64,000 nucleotides of DNA from contig NC_045696.1 in assembly GCF_009834535.1 (NCBI RefSeq), positions 84,322,001 to 84,386,000 of the forward strand. Reading direction: 5' to 3'. Origin of the DNA: Camelus ferus. Its lineage: Eukaryota. A program made the translations under genes and the position numbers. The notes below the pieces were generated by a model. It was not told where the DNA came from, searched no databases, and saw only the letters and a program-made list of their open reading frames with translations. Position 1 is the stretch's first letter. Each line of letters starts with the position of its first letter. Positions 52,840 through 64,000 of the stretch are shown piece by piece.

Positions 52840-52980
52840 GCTTTCGGGTAAGGGCTATGATCCATCTTCTACAGATGAGCAAACTCAGTCTAAGGCAGAT
52901 TAAGTTACATCCTCAGGTAACAGAGGCAGTAAGAGGCAGAATCATAATTTGACTGTAAGTTTACCTCTAAAACAAGTCTT
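52840..52980 (-). mobile_element. MIR fragment
   Basis: tctacagatgagcaaactcagtctaaggcagattaagttac...cctcaggtaacagaggcagtaagaggcagaatc. Confidence 0.7.
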
Positions 52981-54832
52981 TTTTTCCCCTTCTCTTTAAC
53001 ATTCTTGTAATCTCAGATTTCCTTGTATGATCATAGATTTATTGACACTTGGAAGGGCCAGTGGATTTTAATTTCTTTGGCTAGATTTAACAAAAAACAA
53101 AACAAACAAAAAAAAGCAACTACAAATGAAGCAAAGTTGCCATTTGGTCTTTCCTAACCTAAGGATTCCAAAGCGGGGAGGTAATGGTTAGAGATCTGAA
53201 ATGATCAGGTTTTACCTTAACGCTTACCTTAATTTTTTGTTCATAATAAAGCTCTGTTTTTCAGCATGTTATTTACCTCTGGCAGCACTTGCCCTATTTT
53301 CCACAATGCAATTGGTTTTAATCCTTAACTTCCAATCTGTTGAAAAGTGATAGAAGATTTAACGTAGATTCAGTGATTTTACCAGTTTAAATAATAGTAT
53401 ATAAATATGCTTTTAGTGAATACTCAGAGTGAGGTTGCTATGAAGCTAATAAATATTAAGCTGTAAGTTTTCTTACAAGCTCCTTCCTTGGCCTAATTTT
53501 GTATTTGTAATATTATACTTTTTAAAGCCACCCCCCTACCACCACAATTGTATAAATTTTAGGTTCTACAAACTGATTCCTTCATCCCTGGCAATAATTT
53601 TTAATCTTTCAAAGTTATAAATATCTGCTACAGTTTAGCTGAGAAAAGTTTAAGATATAGTTTTATTTTACTTCTGCTTATAAAATCCCATAGGAGTCGG
53701 ACTGCTCTTTAATTAAAAGGAGATAGTATTCCAACAGGCTATCATTTGCAACTACAAAGCACTTCCAAAAAATGACTTTTGGCAAATAAATGCAAGGGTA
53801 TTGTTTAGATAATTACCTACCTTTGTTTAGTATTGAAAGCTTTGTGTTGCAAAAATTAAGTAAAACATCAAGAAATGTTCAGGTATGTTGCTTTAGAGAT
53901 AATACAGGAAGTTGGGTCAAGAAAAATCATCTGAATATAGAGGAATAAAAAACATAAATGAGCATCTTTTTAAGATTCTGGGTAAATGTGAATGCAATAA
54001 AGTATTTTTAGGTTTCATCTTTCCTGAAGGCTTTCCTTTATGACTAATAATTTTGGTAAAATATGCTGTACAATTGATCAAAACCTAATATAAAGGCAGC
54101 TGTTGCACATTACTTCAGGTAATTTTGAAGAAGTGCATTTGTGAGAATTTAAAAGACAGTTATGATGTACAAGACTTCAATATACAACCTTGTTTGCAAG
54201 TGCAATTCATTTTTGAATGCAAATTAAAATTCTCCTAACTGCATTAGATAAGGATCACCAAGTTAGATTTCATATGCTGAATGAAACATGTCTGTTTTGA
54301 AAGTCAAAATCACTTTATCACTATGCATTTTGAATGATGAGTCTTCTCTACCTGAAAGATATTTGGTTCTATAATTTTAACAATGTTGAAAATATTTAGA
54401 TGATTTTTTTGTGATTCATTAAGCAACCATAGTATTCCAGATATTTGTATGTATAAATCATCATACTAGTCATTATACTCTTGGCCTTCAGGATGAAAAA
54501 GCCAAAAAAAAATAGAGAGTTCATAATGCAAAAACATCCTGAATCAAAAAATACATTGTTATCCTCATTATTTACTGCCAGTAGGTCTATTTGTGGTAGA
54601 TAATGAGAATAATCACCCTCAAAGGAAGACGTTAGGGGATTATTATTCTAGTTTGGGGTTTTACCCAACCATTTATCACTTTATTTAGAATTGATTTTAT
54701 TTAAAAATTCAATAAACAAGATTATCTTATGCATTTTTAAGTGACATTGTAGGTGATAATGACTGATGGGTTATTGATGATGACTATAAGATAGCAATTT
54801 AAGGAACTATATTAATGCATTTCCTTGATAGA

Positions 54833-54862
54833 GGTGTGTGAGTGAGTGTGTGTGTGTGTGTG
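54833..54862. repeat. (GT)n microsatellite
   Basis: gtgtgtgagtgagtgtgtgtgtgtgtgtg. Confidence 0.85.
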
Positions 54863-55429
54863 ATGTGTTTCAGTGACTTAGATATGAGTCTTTGTCTTGC
54901 TGACTCTTTCAAGAGTTGAGGGTTTCCATTTTTAAGAAAAAAGTACTCAGATTTGTGAATTACCTCCCTTAATTAAGTGACTACATTACAACAAGAAAGC
55001 TAGTTTAACATACTTAACTTCAATTTTCATAGGTGTTTAATATTGGAGTTATATAAACTTCCATGTTCTCTAGTTGATTTCAAAATATGGATATCTAATG
55101 AGAAAACAAATGAATTATTTGCTAGCTTTGTCTCCTCTATCTCTGAAATTGTAGACAGCAACTCTCTTGTTAGCTCACCCAGCTCAGCTATCAAAAGTAT
55201 CTGGCTAAATAAGCTAATTTCCAGAATTTTCAGTATCTGGATCTTGGATTTATTGAAAGCTCTCTGCAAAATGTAAGATGTACTTTTAGTGAACTTACTA
55301 CATTCAAAATCATAGCTCCACAATGATTTTTTTTTTAAATGGTGATACATATATTTTCCTGAAGTCATGTATTCTCTATTTGGAGAAATTTTTTTTCTAG
55401 TTATTTTGATGGTGTTTCTTTTTGAATTA

Positions 55430-56325
55430 GAGTTTTATTGTGTCATATCTTATATTTAGGTCTTTAAAACATTTTGAGTTTAGTTCTGTATATGGTGTGA
55501 GGGAGGGTTCTAATTTCATTGATTAACATGTAGCTATCCAGCTTTCCCAACACCATTTGCTGAAGATTGTCTTTTCACCAGTATATATTCTTGCCTCTTT
55601 TGTCATAGATTAATTGACCATAGTTTTGTGGGTTTATTTCTGGGCTCTCTATTCTGTTTCATGGATCTATACATCTGTTTTTGTGCCACTACCACTCTGT
55701 TTAGATTACTATAGCTTCATAGTATTGTGTGAAGTCTGGAAGGGTTATACCTCTAGCTTTGCTCTTTTTCCTCAGGCTTGCTTTGGCAATTCTGGGCCTT
55801 CTGTGGTTCCATATAAATTTTAGGATTTGTTCTAGTTTTGTGAAAAAAGTCATGCATATTTTGATAGAGATCACACTGTATCTGTAGATTGGCTTAAGAA
55901 GATATGGTATGTATATACAATAAAATGTTGCTCAGCCATAGGAAAGAAAATAAAATAGTGCCATTTGTAGCAACATGGGTGGACCTAGAGAATATACTAA
56001 GTGAAGTAAGTCAGACAGAGAGAAACAAACGTTATATGACATCACTTATATGTGGAATCTAAAAAAATATTACAAATGAAATCTATATACAAAACAGAAA
56101 CAGACTCATAGCTGTAGAAAACAAACCTATGGTTACCAAAGGGGAAAGGGCAATGGGGAGGGATAGGTTAGGAGTATGGGATTAACAGATACAAAATACT
56201 TATACTATCCATGAAGTAGATAAGCAATAAAGATTTACTGTATAGCACAGGGAAATATATTCAATATCTTGTAATAACCAATAGTGGAAATAATCTGAAA
56301 AATATATACATATAACTGAAAAAAA
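55430..56325. mobile_element. Young L1 with 5' inversion: antisense ORF2 segment (55430-~55890) + sense 3' segment (~55890-56325)
   Basis: Left part is antisense ORF2 (ccagctttcccaacaccatttgctgaaga; ctgtagattg). Right part is the sense ORF2 end and 3'UTR (gccatttgtagcaacatggg; aagtgaagtaagtcagacagag; tactgtatagcacaggg). Confidence 0.88.
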
Positions 56326-57888
56326 TATACTAATATAATTAAAGGGTATTAATCCTTTAAAAAAAATCAAGTCCATTGTCATTGGCTAGCTGTTGATTAC
56401 TGTTAATGTTGGAGAGACAGACATGTTCATTTTTAGCAGAAAGCTGGTCAAACGTCATAAAGTATGTACTAGAAATTGAATGACAATTTACAGCTGATAG
56501 ATATGGCAAATATCAATAGAGAATATAAAAAGATATAAACAGAGCATTTAGATTAAAAAAGTGGTGATAGTGCAGCATAAATCTGGTACTTAGATTTAAA
56601 ATTAATAAGCAAATAATGAAGAAACTCTTCAGTAGTCTTGGGAGTTGGGTAAAATGAAAGAGTGAGACAATATAATGGCCTGTGCTTAGTGCTTAGTAAA
56701 TAAACTAGATGTAGAGATTTTATAAATAGGTCCTTCCAGCTGCCTTTCCATTGTTATTAAGGCTGAAACCCTGTGAAGCATCTCTGCAGGTTTAGTAATA
56801 GTTGATAATGTAAAACTCAGTGGGCTGGTCATTAGCGCATGTAAAATGGACCAATTCTATAAAGACCTTTATAAATTACTATGGCATAATCACTATCTAG
56901 CTCCTAAATCCATCTTCTCAGAGATGAGAATTGGACATGATGATGAGTTTCACATAGTGAGGAGGCTTAGTAGATAACAGAGACAGAAAATAATTGGCTG
57001 AGCACATGGAGAAATAACAGAATCTTGGAAAATGATAATGAATTTTAAAGATGAGAATCTAAAATAATAATTAAAAATGTTCCTATGAGAATGAGCCTTA
57101 TTTCTCAAGGTGTAATAATAGTACGTTTGGATTGGTTTATCAAAAAACTTATAGGGGAAGACTTTAGTAATTTTCTGATTTCCTGATATTTGTTAACTGT
57201 GTGTGTGCATAACTGTGTTTTTTTCTCTCCCTTGAATGTGACATCACTACTGTTACAAGTGGCTTAGTAAATAAGTTACAATATTTTATTCTCTGAATGC
57301 ATATAACCTTCTATTTTTTTCGCTAGGTAGATAACCTGTTTTGAAGTTTTGGATTTTGGTTCTTAAAAAAATAAATTGTACTCTACTTCTCTAACAGTGC
57401 TAGATGGTTGCTTCTCCTAGGTGGATTAGTGGATTTGTGAAAGTACTTAGACAGGCTAGAATCTTGGAGTTGGGATAAATTTTAGAGGTTTTCAGTTCGT
57501 ATGGTGGCCATCTTGTGACCACTTTCTCCTGCATGACTGACATGTGAACAGGTGAGGTTCTGCTTGACAATATTTAGCAATTGAATGTAGAAAATTGACC
57601 CCTCCCCCTCTTCTTCTTGGCCTTCAGTATTTCCATAAAAGCATATGATTCTTGGGGTCATTTTGTGACTATGAGTGGAAAATGCAAAATAAGAAGACAT
57701 CTGGCTGAAGTAGCCCGTCCTGAAAATGTCTACCATGGGCTACTTTGTTCTAGGGGAAGTTTGTTTACTCAAGCAGTCTGCCACTTTCTAGCTAAACACT
57801 ACTCAAATGATAGACTCTTCTCTTGTTCTTATAAATATTCTCAGTGTTAAAAATTTTAATATCACATGGATTAATTCTATATCCTCAT

Positions 57889-58399
57889 TGTATTAGTCAG
57901 AGTTTGATAGAGAAACAGACCAGTAAGATATATATGTAGAGATATATAGATTTATTATAAGGGATTGGCTCACACAATATGGAGGCTGAGAGGTCCTACC
58001 TTCTGCCCTCTGCAAACTGGAGGTCCAGGAGAGCTGGTGTTGGAGTTCTAGTCCAAATTGGAGGGCCTGAGAACCAAGGAGGCCATTGGTGAATGTCCCA
58101 TTCTGGGCCCAATGGCCTGAGAACCAGGAACACTGACATCTGAAAGCAGGAGAAGACAGATGTTCCAGCTTAAGCAGAGAGCAAATTTGCCCTTTCTCTG
58201 CCTTTTTTCCCCCATTCGGACCCTAGGCGGATTGGCTGAAGCCCAGTTGCATTGATGAGTAGAATCTTTTCTACTCTAACAATTCAAATGCTGAGTTCTT
58301 TTGGAAACACCATCACAGACACGTCCAGAAATAACATTTTACCACCTATCTGGCCACTCCTTAGCCCAGTCAAATTGACTTATAAAATTAACTGTCACA
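57889..58399 (-). mobile_element. MLT2B-like (ERVL) solo LTR (TSD ctcat/ctgat)
   Basis: Starts tgtattagtcagagt; ggattggctcacacaat; duplicated ggcctgagaacc; gtcaaattgacttataaaattaactgtcaca end. Flanking 5-mers match at 4 of 5. Confidence 0.9.
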
Positions 58400-59859
58400 C
58401 TGATTGTTCTACTTTAGGGTCACACTAGTTGTTATGTGCCTTAGGAAATGTGGTACCCCAAACTGAAGACTATACCTTGGGTAGGTTGACCTGTGTTGCT
58501 TGGGAGACTCCTTCTATTTTTGGCAGTGCTTTGTAAAATGACATTAGCATTCTAGCTAACTCTAATAAGCTGTTTACTCTGATGTGGTTGGGAAGTAACA
58601 AATAAACAAACATAAACAGTAACACATCAGGCCTCCATTTTGCAATCCACTGTAAGGCCAGATGTTTGCCATCTTAGATTTGGCTTAAAATAAATGCACA
58701 ATATTTGAACAATTCTCTCTGAAATCAGTCAAATACGTAACTCAAATAAAGGTAAACCAACTATAAAAGAAAGGGTCCTTTGATTCCCATGGCTTAAAAA
58801 TGCGTCCTTCTCAAGAAGTAACTATTTATGGTGAGTTTTTTCAGACCTTTTTCAAATGGCTTGTTTTAAGGATTATATTACATGGTATGTATTTTTTGAA
58901 ACTTCCTATTTTTACTTTCAATGTATATTGACAAATGTTCTACACTGATGATTGCCACTTACAGAACTAGTCATATTTTTAATTGCTGCTGGTATTCCAT
59001 ATGTAAGAATGTTTTAAAGTGCATCCAACCACTTCATTATTGATAGATATTTCAATGTTTTCTAATTTTTGTTGTCACAGTGAAACATTGAACAATGCTA
59101 TTCATTTGCTTTGTGTACCTAGATGTTTATTATTGTAAGAGATAAATTTAAAAAATAATTGAGTCAAAGAATTTGTGCTCTTAAACTTTGGATATTGTGT
59201 CAGTCATAGTTCACTCAGGAGAACATAGCTACTATAAATATTATGGAAATAAGGAGTTTGTTATAGTGATTACAGCTTATACAAATGTGGGCTGAAATTT
59301 TATTTTATGGCCAGTCAAGATTTGTCCTTCAGGAAAATGAATTTTGTTAGCAGTGTGTAGGATTAATTTGATGGAGAATATTTATAGGAATAATTAAGGG
59401 TGCTTGAAAAACAGAGCTAGGACTTGATATGTTAAATTTGGCAAAATTATGAAGATACATATATATCACAATGGCTAGCTGTGGCTAAAACATTGATCTT
59501 GAACAATGAATTATGTAAAAATATATTAGGTGGATTAATCATAAGCAAAAGCACAGAACCTCGAATGCAGTGGGTATAAACCTGGTAGTAAAAAGTATTC
59601 GTTTGGATGGAGCATTGATCATTTGGATGGAAACAATAGAATATAAAGCTGAAGGTGAGCACATATCATGAAGGATGAGATAGAAGGCTGGGTCTGTTTT
59701 CAGGCATGAGAAAGAAGGCTGGAGAAGGGTTGCAGTAATGGAAACGATAAGGCTGGAGCCAATTTGAGATTGCAGGGGACTAACGTACAGAGTTTAGCAT
59801 GTGAAAGGAGTTAAAGTATGAAGAGCCACATTTTACTGTGCACCTATTGTCGCAAATTT

Positions 59860-60830
59860 GCCTTAGCCAATAGTGGTAAGACCAAAAGAGAGCATCTTAA
59901 AACATAACGGCCATTGCCTTCTGTTTACAGGTCTGCAGGCATTATTAAAGTAGTTGAGTAGAAACCAAATAAGAAATATGGGTTAAGAAATTTATCTGTT
60001 GTCCAGACATCTGTACCCTCAGCAAGCTGTCAAAAGAAAGGCTGCCTTAGAAGCCAAAGTCACCCAGGGGGCTAATCAGCTTAAACACACGACAAAAGTC
60101 ATAGACAATTCCAAAGTGCTAACGACGGTAACTAACAGTGCCGCCTGCCAAGGCGCCGCACATCGCTGCCAAAAGGAAAAGAACGGTTCACTCTGTCGAG
60201 TGCTTGGAGTTCTTTTACTCTGGAAAAAAATAATTTTTTTTTTTTTTTTTTTTTTTTTTGCCTTTTTCAATTATGCTTGGAGAAGACAGTAGTAGAGAGG
60301 AACTTACGAACACTCCATCTGGCGAGAAAGCCAAGTTCACAAAGTTTGGCTGGTTTGCGTGCCAAGGAAAGGTGGTTAAAACGTGAGTCAGGGGGTGTCT
60401 GGGAATTGAATGCTGCTTCGCAAATGTTTTCCCAGCCCCGGCTCCCTTTTTTGGTTTGCCTTCCTCTCCGTTGCCGGCAGTGTGAGGAATGAATGATTGC
60501 GCACAACTCATTTAAGGATCACTCTTCTTTCTGACCTCTGATCTCTCTGATGTTCATGTAAGAAACTCATAAAGGCCTTGTGTGGCTGAATTTCCTTATT
60601 CTCTCCCTCCGTCAGGTTTGAATGTGCAACCGGGAATGAGCAGGCGTGAACTAAAGTGTGTGTGAGTCACTTCTGCGGCGCTGTTGTTCCCTTGTCTTCT
60701 TGTCAGTCTGTTCACTCGTGTCACTGGTTAAATTTTGCTTCATTTCCTACACTTCTCCGCTGACAGGAACAATGAAGTCGTGACACTATAATCTCGATTT
60801 TTCCGAACATGACATTTCGTGTTGGTAACT
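59860..60830. promoter_or_regulatory. Candidate enhancer/promoter (unique, CpG-retaining, AP-1 and TEAD motifs)
   Basis: About 29 CpGs in 60090-60830 by hand count, far above the local background. TGAGTCA at 60384-60390 and 60663-60669; GGAATG at 60486-60491 and 60633-60638. No recognisable repeat. Confidence 0.5.
60234..60259. repeat. Poly(T) homopolymer, 26 nt
   Basis: Directly visible. Confidence 0.95.
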
Positions 60831-61124
60831 TTATTAGTCTCTGTATTTGCAGCACCTCATAGGCAAGCTATCTGGGTGGTTCTTCTTTCTTTGTTCTTCT
60901 GTGAACTCTCAGTTTGTCCACTTAAAATTTTTAAAATGTGGTCTTGAGAGGTCTCTGTGTCCTTTTTTATTTAAAATTACCTTGAGTTTAGTCTTTGCTT
61001 ATTTTTACACAGGTTTTGAATCATATTTCCAATTTACAGTTCAAATACACAATACTTTTCTCGGTTTGCTAACAGGATATAGCCAAGAATGGTTTTATAA
61101 CGTGCATTGTGGTCTTATGAACAC

Positions 61125-61800
61125 CATTCACTCATTCATTCTCTTTTATTTATTTAACAAATATTTGTTTAGTGCTTAGTATGTACCATTCACCATTCTA
61201 GACACTCGGGATTTAACAGCGAACAAAATAGATCAAAAATAGACCCTTCTCTCGGGGAGCTTAGTTCTCATGGAGAGAGATGGACAGTGAGTGAAATACA
61301 ATACATCAGATGATCGTTAAGTGCTGTGGAAGGGGTGCAGTGAGTGCCAAGAAAAGTCAGAGAAGGGGTGTGATTTTAAACACGTGGTCAGAGAAGGTCT
61401 CATTTAGAAAATTATATTTGTGCGAAAACCTCAAAGGGTTGAAGGATCAAGCCCTGTGATCACAAGCTAGGAGCACCTCAGTGTGAGGCAACAGCCAGTT
61501 CAGAGGCCCGGAGAAGGGGAGTGTGTTCAGGGCACAAGGGGGAGGTAAGGGTAGCTCTGTGGAGTGACAGGGGGAGAAGCTGAGGACGAGGTCAGACAGA
61601 GGAGGCGTGGAGTGGACTGGATAGGGCTTCGTAGGACGCTGTGGGGGCTGCGGCTTTTATCTGAGGGAGAAGACCTTGGAGCTATTTGAGCCAGAGGAGT
61701 GACACGATCAGAGTTACCTTCCAAAGGATCACTCTGGCTGCTGAGTTGATAATAGCTATAGATTTGCAATGATGGAAGCAGGAAGAACAATTAGGAGGGT
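61125..61800 (-). mobile_element. L2a 3' fragment
   Basis: cattcactcattcatt...aacaaatatttg...ggtcagagaaggtctc...gagtgacacgatcagagttaccttccaaaggatcactctggctgct. Confidence 0.88.
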
Positions 61801-61899
61801 GGCTGAGTTCTCGTTCTAACATGTGACCGCCTCTGAGTCTGGCTCTAATATTTTTGGAAGTTTCATAAAATTCGAATGTATATTTTTCTCAAAAGAAAG

Positions 61900-62130
61900 T
61901 CTAGTAGAGCAACTTAGAACTTGAAATCAGAAAGCCAGTGATGGAATCATAATTCCATACAAAAGCTGCATTTTTGACCTTGGGCAAGTTATCTAACTTC
62001 TCTCAGTCTGAATTCCTCTGGCAATGATTCCTTTTTACATTATAGAGATTAAATGAGATAACACACATAAAGTTCTTTGCATGGTGCCTGCAAATAATAA
62101 GTGCTCATTAAATGTTGGCTATTATTATTG
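61900..62130 (+). mobile_element. MIR SINE
   Basis: tgaccttgggcaagttatctaacttctctcagtct...gattaaatgagataacacacataaag...gtgcctgcaaataataagtgctcattaaatgttggctattattatt. Confidence 0.88.
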
Positions 62131-63324
62131 CTTGTTACTTTTATTATATTTTCACATCATCGTTTGTGAAAGAATGTTATATAGGGATTGTGAGCACAAT
62201 ATTACATCTTTGTTGATTATTGAAGAAGAAATCATGGGCCCCCATTTCAGTCATTATGTAAATAGTACACTCTTCCCTTAAAGGATATTGAAGGACACTC
62301 AGGGATCTCCGTGGCTGGAAGTTTCAAGAGCAGGGTAGACTCTTTATCTGTCAGTTGGTTGCCATATATCATTCTCAAAGCTCTGATGCTGCTTGAAAAC
62401 AGACGAAGACATTAGATTAGCCCTACAAAGCTGTGCACCTTCTGGCCAAGAGTGGATACTAACCTGAATTGAGTGCTTCAGTATGTCAGCTTCACTCATC
62501 CAGCTCTCTGCCCTTGGCCAAGTAGGGGGTACATAGGTAACAACTTGCTCAGGCAGGAATCATTTTTGTATACATGAACATGGCTTAAACATTTGACTGT
62601 GTAAGATCCCTTCCAGCTTGATAACATTTGGAAGAAATAAGGCTTAGAGTCAAATGCTATAATTTTTAAGCAAGATGAAGGGGGGGATATGAACCCATCT
62701 AAATAATTCAGACAGAAATATAAATGTCTGGAACTATCAACAAATTTAGGCAATTTATTCTGTCCTTCCAATGTGTGGATTTAAAGAAGGGACAGAGCCA
62801 ATGGATCCCTTGGAGAAGGAGGGAGAAGCTCCTGGTGTTTAGATCCATTGCCCGCCACCAGCCCAAAGTGCTCACACTCAAAAGTGTGCTTCTAGAGAGA
62901 CCGAGACTTAATGCTTGCGAAAATTATTTTCTTGGGATCTTATGAGCATTTTGGGTTGACAGCAGTAATTTATCCATTTGGAGAGGTAGGACTGCATTCT
63001 CTTTTAGAGTTAGGTTTGATACTAGAGAGTTAAGACGCTAAAATAAGACCTAGAAGAAAAGCTGGGAACTATTTGCCTTTTTATGGGGCTTGCTTAGGTC
63101 AGAGGCTCTGTGGGTGAAAGATCAGAGTATAGAAACTTATGTCTTGGATTATTCTGTAATCATAATCTCAGATATTCTGCCACATTGTTTGAGAATATGT
63201 GGTTTAAGTCTGGAAAATGCAGTCATATTAGGTAGAAGTGCTGATTCAATTAAGATGCCAGGTCAGAAGGAAAGGGTGCATATGGGCTGAGGTGGTGTTT
63301 GGGTCCGTAGGTGGTAGTGGTGAC

Positions 63325-63560
63325 AATATAGAATAGGGTTAAGAATATTGGATTTGATGTTAACCACACTGGGCTCAGGTTCTGCCCAGCCACTTCCCAG
63401 CAGTCTAAGCTTGGGAAATTATCTTCCTTTTTTTAAGTTGTAGACATAAAGTGGAGAAAATGAAAGTTCTTCATATTTTCAGGCGGGATTATAAAATAGC
63501 ACATTTTACACACTTAGAACAATGCCTGGCGTGTGGTTGGTGCTGATGGGGTTATCACCA
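63325..63560 (+). mobile_element. MIR SINE
   Basis: gggttaagaatattggatttg...ctgggctcaggttctgcccagccacttcccagc...cttgggaaattatctt...cacttagaacaatgcctggc. Confidence 0.8.
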
Positions 63561-64000
63561 TCATCACCATCATCAGGGAACAGGGATTCATAATCACTAC
63601 AGGGGCAATGGGATTTTACTGGGAGATTTGTCTGAGAAGAAAGGAAATCTGAACTCTTTAACAATATGACACCTACAAAATATTTGGGCATTTCAATTGG
63701 AACTTTTCAGCGCCAAAAGTCATTTTGAGTTTTGTTGTTTCTTAACTAGCTTTTATTTTCTACGTGGATTGACCTATCAGTCTGTGTTGTTATTTTTAAA
63801 TTTAGTAAAAGGTGCATTCTGTTGTTTGAACTTGATACAGAATGGGCAAAACATCTGAGTTGTAGTATTCCTTATATTGTATTGCTTACTCCACATGTAA
63901 CCATTTCAGTAGGCATTTGGTACAGTCACCAGCCAATGATCTTTTATCTTCTCTACTTTCAGCAACATCAGAAACATAATCCAGTGTAATGACTGCCATG

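Noticed and set aside
55027..55368. 113-aa minus ORF with an acceptor-like ttacattttgcag at ~55266
   Set aside because: No recognisable homology, no partner exon, and consistent with chance in AT-rich DNA.
59999..60511. Cluster of ORFs with poly-K/poly-F
   Set aside because: Produced by the T26 homopolymer and locally higher GC; no coding signature.
63964..63999. CNDCH (CxxCH) heme-binding-like motif
   Set aside because: Only 12 codons are visible; CxxCH arises by chance and nothing else suggests a cytochrome c.
1..64000. tRNA, rRNA, snRNA genes, processed pseudogenes, CRISPR arrays or prokaryote-type systems
   Set aside because: None seen on reading. The DNA is mammalian with no regularly spaced repeat arrays. 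Short or diverged ncRNAs cannot be excluded without Infernal/tRNAscan.

Overview
This is AT-rich mammalian genomic DNA. It is probably a camelid or another cetartiodactyl, inferred from the style of the young L1 3' ends and the absence of Alu, B1/B2, Can-SINE, PRE-1, Bov-A/BovB or CHR SINEs. The only recognisable gene is the 3' end of ZBBX (zinc finger B-box domain containing) on the + strand. Its last three coding exons (4012-4266, 13183-13321, 15089-15215) splice in frame with canonical GT-AG sites to a TAA stop, followed by AATAAA at 15350. The remaining ~48 kb is apparently intergenic, with MIR, L2, L1, MaLR/ERVL solo LTRs and hAT MITEs plus a few unique regulatory-looking stretches. Items worth a second look: a candidate 21-nt in-frame ZBBX microexon; a 485-bp mini-L1 (5'UTR fused to the 3' end) with poly(A) and TSD nested in an older L1; a MER53 hairpin split by an MLT1C LTR; a twin-primed inverted L1; antisense exon-like structures in a ZBBX intron; and a CpG-retaining AP-1/TEAD element near 60 kb that may start a new transcript. 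I see no evidence of a wholly novel biological system. Gene and repeat subfamily names are from recall and need BLAST/RepeatMasker confirmation, and most repeat boundaries are approximate.
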